NCBI RefSeq assembly: GCF_009914755.1
Contig: NC_060936.1
Length of the DNA: 64,000 nucleotides
Source of the DNA: the human T2T-CHM13v2.0 reference genome, Homo sapiens
Strand: one strand, 5' to 3'
This document shows positions 53,801 through 64,000 of this stretch, in pieces (position 1 is the stretch's first letter; each line of letters opens with the position of its first letter). A program made the position numbers and the translations under genes. Under the pieces are notes generated by a model. The model did no database searches and was not told the DNA's origin. It worked only from the letters and a program-made list of their open reading frames with translations.

Positions 53801-54646
53801 TTGCTTAGGGGATACAAAATGGTGATATTTTAATTCTATTATTCCTTCTTTATTTATTAGCTGAAATATTTCCACAAAGGGAAACTTCTCAATAGCTATT
53901 TGGTTATCCATATTTCTAGTTCCCATTGGAAAGGCTGGATAAATGCTTGAATCTTTCCCTGTTTTTACCAGTTTTCAACACAAGAATTGGTTCCCTACCA
54001 TGGAAAATACAAATTGAATCCAACATGGATCCTGCCCTCAAGGAGCTTCCCATCTAGTAGGGGGATAAGACATGTAGACAGAAGTGATGAGAGAAGCCAA
54101 GAGGGGCAGAGGACTATGGGCACACGCAGAGGATTCAAGATTATTTGTAGTACCACTATTCAAAATAAGCCTGAAGTGGAAACAACCCAAATATCAGCAG
54201 CAGAAGAGATAAAGGAATTGTGGTATATTCATGGAATAAAATAACATACAGCAGTGAAAACAAGTAAGCTAAAGCTATACACGATAACTTCAAAAAATTT
54301 CACAAACATATTGAGTGAAAGAAGGCAAAAGTAAAATAATATATACTATATTATTCTATTGACATACAAAGCTTTAAAATGGGCAAAACTAATCTATGGT
54401 AGTTTTGGTCAGAACTACCTAGAGGTTCTAACCTCTAGGTCAGAAAAGTGGTTATCTTTGAGGATCAGAGTGGAGTTAGCGACATTGAGGGACCCACAGA
54501 GGATTTCTGAAATGCTACTAATGTTCTACTTCATAACCTGGGTGGTGCTCACCTTGTGATAATTCATTGAACTGTATATTTATAGTGTTTGCATGTTTTT
54601 GTATGTAGACTTCACTCTAAAAGTTAATTTTAAAAGAGTTGCATCC

Positions 54647-54945
<299 letters not shown>

Positions 54946-56061
54946 TTACATTCTTAGGGAAGTAAAGCTGCAGAGAGGTGTGATGGAATTAGGGTAGATT
55001 ATATATGGAGGGATTCTTTTAGTTTCAAAGTAGCTGTCACATTTCTCAAGCAAAACATTGCAACATACAAGATATTTTATATACCATGCAAAGAAATGCA
55101 TGGTATATAAAATGGTACCTGAAAGACGAAAATAAAACTAGTTCTTAGATTTAAGCAAATCTCAGATACCACTTACCATTAAATGCATCGTTATTCTATA
55201 AACCATTAAGAGGGGAAAAAAATGCTGTCAGTTAAGTATGAAGCAATGTCTTAACGATGGTCCTGGGCGATGCAGGAATTGATTATGTATCAGCTTCTTG
55301 CTGCCTTGAGATTTCTTTGATTTATTTCAAGGGATTTGGCAGATTTCCCTACCTTCAGTTGCCTTGGCTTATGATAGACCTTGCTTTTGCGTGTATTTCA
55401 GCAGCAAATGGAACACCAGTTCATCTAAGTATGGGTCTCTTCCTTTCTTAGGTCCTATATAACTTTTTGTTGGTCTTTACAAGACAATTTGGAATTTTGG
55501 CCATTCCTCCAAAGTGAAATGTCTGCTTTATCACTATCAATCCCCCCCTGCTGCTGTATTTCCCTGCCTTTCTGTGACTACAGTAACCCTTGGTTGCAAT
55601 GAGCAATCATTTAAAAGACATTTTAAGCAGCAATCAAACTCATCGATGGTGATGCCAATATAATAGCTATGGCCAAGTTCACACAAGGGAAGGCAGTGAC
55701 ACAGCTGCTGCCTGGCCAACAGCGGCTGGAAGAGGCTTCTCGATTTCAGAGATGTTAAGATGTGAAAAAATATGCATCCTAGAATTGATGAATCAGTGTG
55801 TTGAAGGAAAAGGCAAAGTCAGAAAATTACTATTTACAGAGTTAGAGGAAGTCTTACATACTTGCATAATTTGGGCTGAAAATAAGCAGTGATGTATTTC
55901 AAGGACTTAGAAGAAAATCAGGGAATAGGCCAAATGAAAATAACATAGTTTGCCTAAAATAAATATACTATGCTTGATGGAGGTTGGTATTAATTAACTT
56001 GATAGAGAGAAGATGACTGCTCTCCCTTTCTGCTGGGGAGGCAAGGTGATATAACTTAGAG

Positions 56062-59660
<3,599 letters not shown>

Positions 59661-60491
59661 TTTGGAGTCAGACAACTTTAGGTTTAAATTTAACTTTACC
59701 AGTTCCTTGCTCTCCAACCATGGACAATATAAGTAGCCTCTTCAAGCCTCATTATTTCTGTAATAAGGCTAATAACACCTGCATCATAGAGTTGAGTGAA
59801 GATGAAACAAGATAAACTTTGTGACATGCCAAAATCAATGCAAAGTAGGAACCCAATATTAAATTCCTTCCCCACTCTCTGGTCTTTTTCTTGTCTCATC
59901 CATCCTGAATACTGCTTATTAAACAGAGATAATGACATGTCATTCCTCTGACTTACAGTGGTCTTAAGCACACACTGCAGTTTGCTATCAAAGTCCACAT
60001 CTCACCAATCTCATTTTTTCATTTCTCCCCAGGAGGTTGTCTATGCCCCAATCACAGATCTGATGGTGTCTCCCACATAGTCCCCATAGTCCCTGGGGAT
60101 CCCATCTCTACACCTTTGCTCGTGGTGTTCCTTCCCATTGACTTCTTTGTAACATCTGTGCCACTTTCTTCCTTCCTCATCCAAACATACCTCCATGAGA
60201 TTCCTCTTGTTAGTCCCATCTCATAATAGTATCTGACCTGTATTGAGCGCTGGGGATGTGCCAGGGGCTGTGCTAAGTGCTTTATCTGCATTATCCCAAT
60301 TGGTTATTCCCATTTAAGGGTGACACAGAGGCACAGTGAGAGTACATAACTTGCCCAAGGTCATACACCTAAGTGGACAGTACAACTGGGATTCCAACAC
60401 AGGTAAGTCTGACTCTAGAAGCTGGGCTCTTAGACATCATATCCGACTTGTTGCCTGAATAACTACCTTTTAAATAAATTACCTCTGTTTG

Positions 60492-62120
<1,629 letters not shown>

Positions 62121-63144
62121 TTTATTTTTACCTAATGCTTGTGGTAGGCTCATCCACATCACAAAGCTGCATAGGCGTATGCAGGCATATGTGACATCTC
62201 ACTCTCTAAGTGATCCAATATTTCCATTTTCTCACAAGAACTACATTTTCTTAGACTTTTAATGTCTGTCTGTAGTGTTAACAGCTGCCAGCTTTCCTCT
62301 TACTTTTCTTCTTTTTAAAATTTCACTTTGTTATGAGAGATATTATCATATATGCAGAAGAGTGCACAAAACAGAGAATACAGTTTTCAATAAAAAAGTG
62401 CAAAGTGAAGATTTGATAACCACCATCCAAGTCAAGAAACAGCACATTTCCAGCTCCAGGAAGCCCTCCCATCATCCCTTTCAAATTACCACAGAGGTAG
62501 ACACTATCCTGACCTTGGGGATAAGCATTTCCTTGCTTTTCTTTATAGCTTTACCACCTATATGTGATCCCTAAATTATCTAGTGTATCTGTTTTTGAAC
62601 TTTATAGGAAGGGAGTAATCAGATGTATTTTGTGCCTTATTTCTGTGTTCAACATTATGTTCGTGAGAGTCATCCACGATTCTTTGTGTAGATCTATTAA
62701 TAGTGAATCCATTTTCATGGCTGTAGAGTAGTCCTTTCTGTGACCAGACTGCATTTCACTTATTTATTCTACTGTTGAAGTGCCTTTGACTATTGCAAAC
62801 ATTGCTTCTGTGATTCTTCTTTTGCATATATCCTAGTGCAGGTGAGCATGTGTTTCCTAAGGTATATGCCTAGGAGTGAACTTGTCAGCATGTGGCCTAT
62901 GCCTATCTTCAGCTTTACTGGAGAATGCCATACTATTTTGCAAGTGGTTGTACCACTTCATGTGCCCACCAGTGGTATATGAAAGTTCTCCTTGCTCTGC
63001 ATCTATGCCAACACTGGTGCTTTCAGATTAAAAAAAATTTTCAGTCAATCTGATAGGCATTTCATTTTGGTTTTAATTTGAATGTTTTTAAAGGTTTAAA
63101 AAGATTAAAGCCTCTTTTTAGGCTTATTGGCCATTTGGATTTTC

Positions 63145-64000
63145 TTTTTTATTTTATTTTATTTTATTATACTTTAAGTTTTAAGGTACAGGTGCACAAT
63201 GTGCAGGTTAGCTACATATGTATACATGTGCCATGCTGGTGCGCTGCACCCATTAACTCGTCATTTAGCATTAGGTATATCTCCTAAAGCTATCCCTCCC
63301 CCCTCCCCCACCCCACAACAGTCCCCAGAGTGTGATGTTCCCCTTCCTGTGTCCATGTGTTCTCATTGTTCAATTCCCACCTATGAGTGAGAATATGCGG
63401 TGTTTGGTTTTTTGTTCTTGTGATAGTTTACTGAGAATGATGATTTCCAATTTCATCCATGTCCCTACAAAGGACATGAACTCATCATTTTTTATGGCTG
63501 CATAGTATTCCATGGTGTATATGTGCCACATTTTCTTAAACCAGTCTATCATTGTTGGACATTTGGGTTGGTTCCAAGTCTTTGCTATTGTGAATAGTGC
63601 CGCGATAAACATACGTGTGCATGTGTCTTTATAGCAGCATGATTTATAGTCCTTTGGGTATATACCCAGTAATGGGATGGCTGGGTCAAATGGTATTTCT
63701 AGCTCTAGATCCCTGAGGAATGGCCACACTGACTTCCACAAGGGTTGAACTAGTTTACAGTCCCACCAACAGTGTAAAAGTGTTCCTATTTCTCCACATC
63801 CTCTCTAGCACCTGTTGTTTCCTGACTTTTTAATGATCGCCATTCTAACTGGTGTGAGATGGTATCTCATTGTGGTTTTGATTTGCATTTCTCTGATGGC
63901 CAGTGATGGTGAGCATTTTTTCATGTGTTTTTTCGCTGCATAAATGTCTTCTTTTGAGAAGTGTCTGTTCATGTCCTTCGCCCACCTTTTGATGGGGTTG
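63145..64000 (-). mobile_element. Young L1PA 3' end, continues beyond the window
   Basis: PolyT tail, L1 3'UTR and intact ORF2 C-terminus (LEIPFDPAIPLLGIYPKDYKSCCYKDTCTRMF…IFSLIGGN). Confidence 0.97.

Overview
This is primate (human-like) genomic DNA, dense in Alu, L1, L2, MIR, LTR and DNA-transposon relics. On the + strand, three spliced exons (7552-7643, 9358-9453, 10949 onward) close a short reading frame. They lead into a terminal exon/3'UTR with candidate polyA signals at 12693, 19090 and 19264. I cannot name the host gene. The ~8.3 kb interval 10950-19280 carries almost no ancient repeats. Instead it holds several decayed RNA-virus-like genes, all on the minus strand and therefore antisense to the predicted transcript. 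(1) A well-supported endogenous bornavirus-like N gene, followed by an intact bornaviral gene-end/gene-start junction, an X/P-like gene and a second gene-end (13349-15890). (2) A probable pneumovirus-like fossil: F C-terminus, junction, M2-1, M2-2-sized ORF and an RSV-like gene-end (17285-18950). (3) A weaker Mononegavirales N-like remnant (10985-12110). Together they suggest a multi-virus antisense archive, possibly a piRNA source. All protein similarities are by-eye alignments to sequences recalled from memory and need tBLASTn/HMM confirmation. The rest of the window (20-64 kb) looks intergenic. It includes a MER11 solo LTR, a full-length Tigger1, two MER1A copies, a 38-bp VNTR and the 3' end of a young L1PA.
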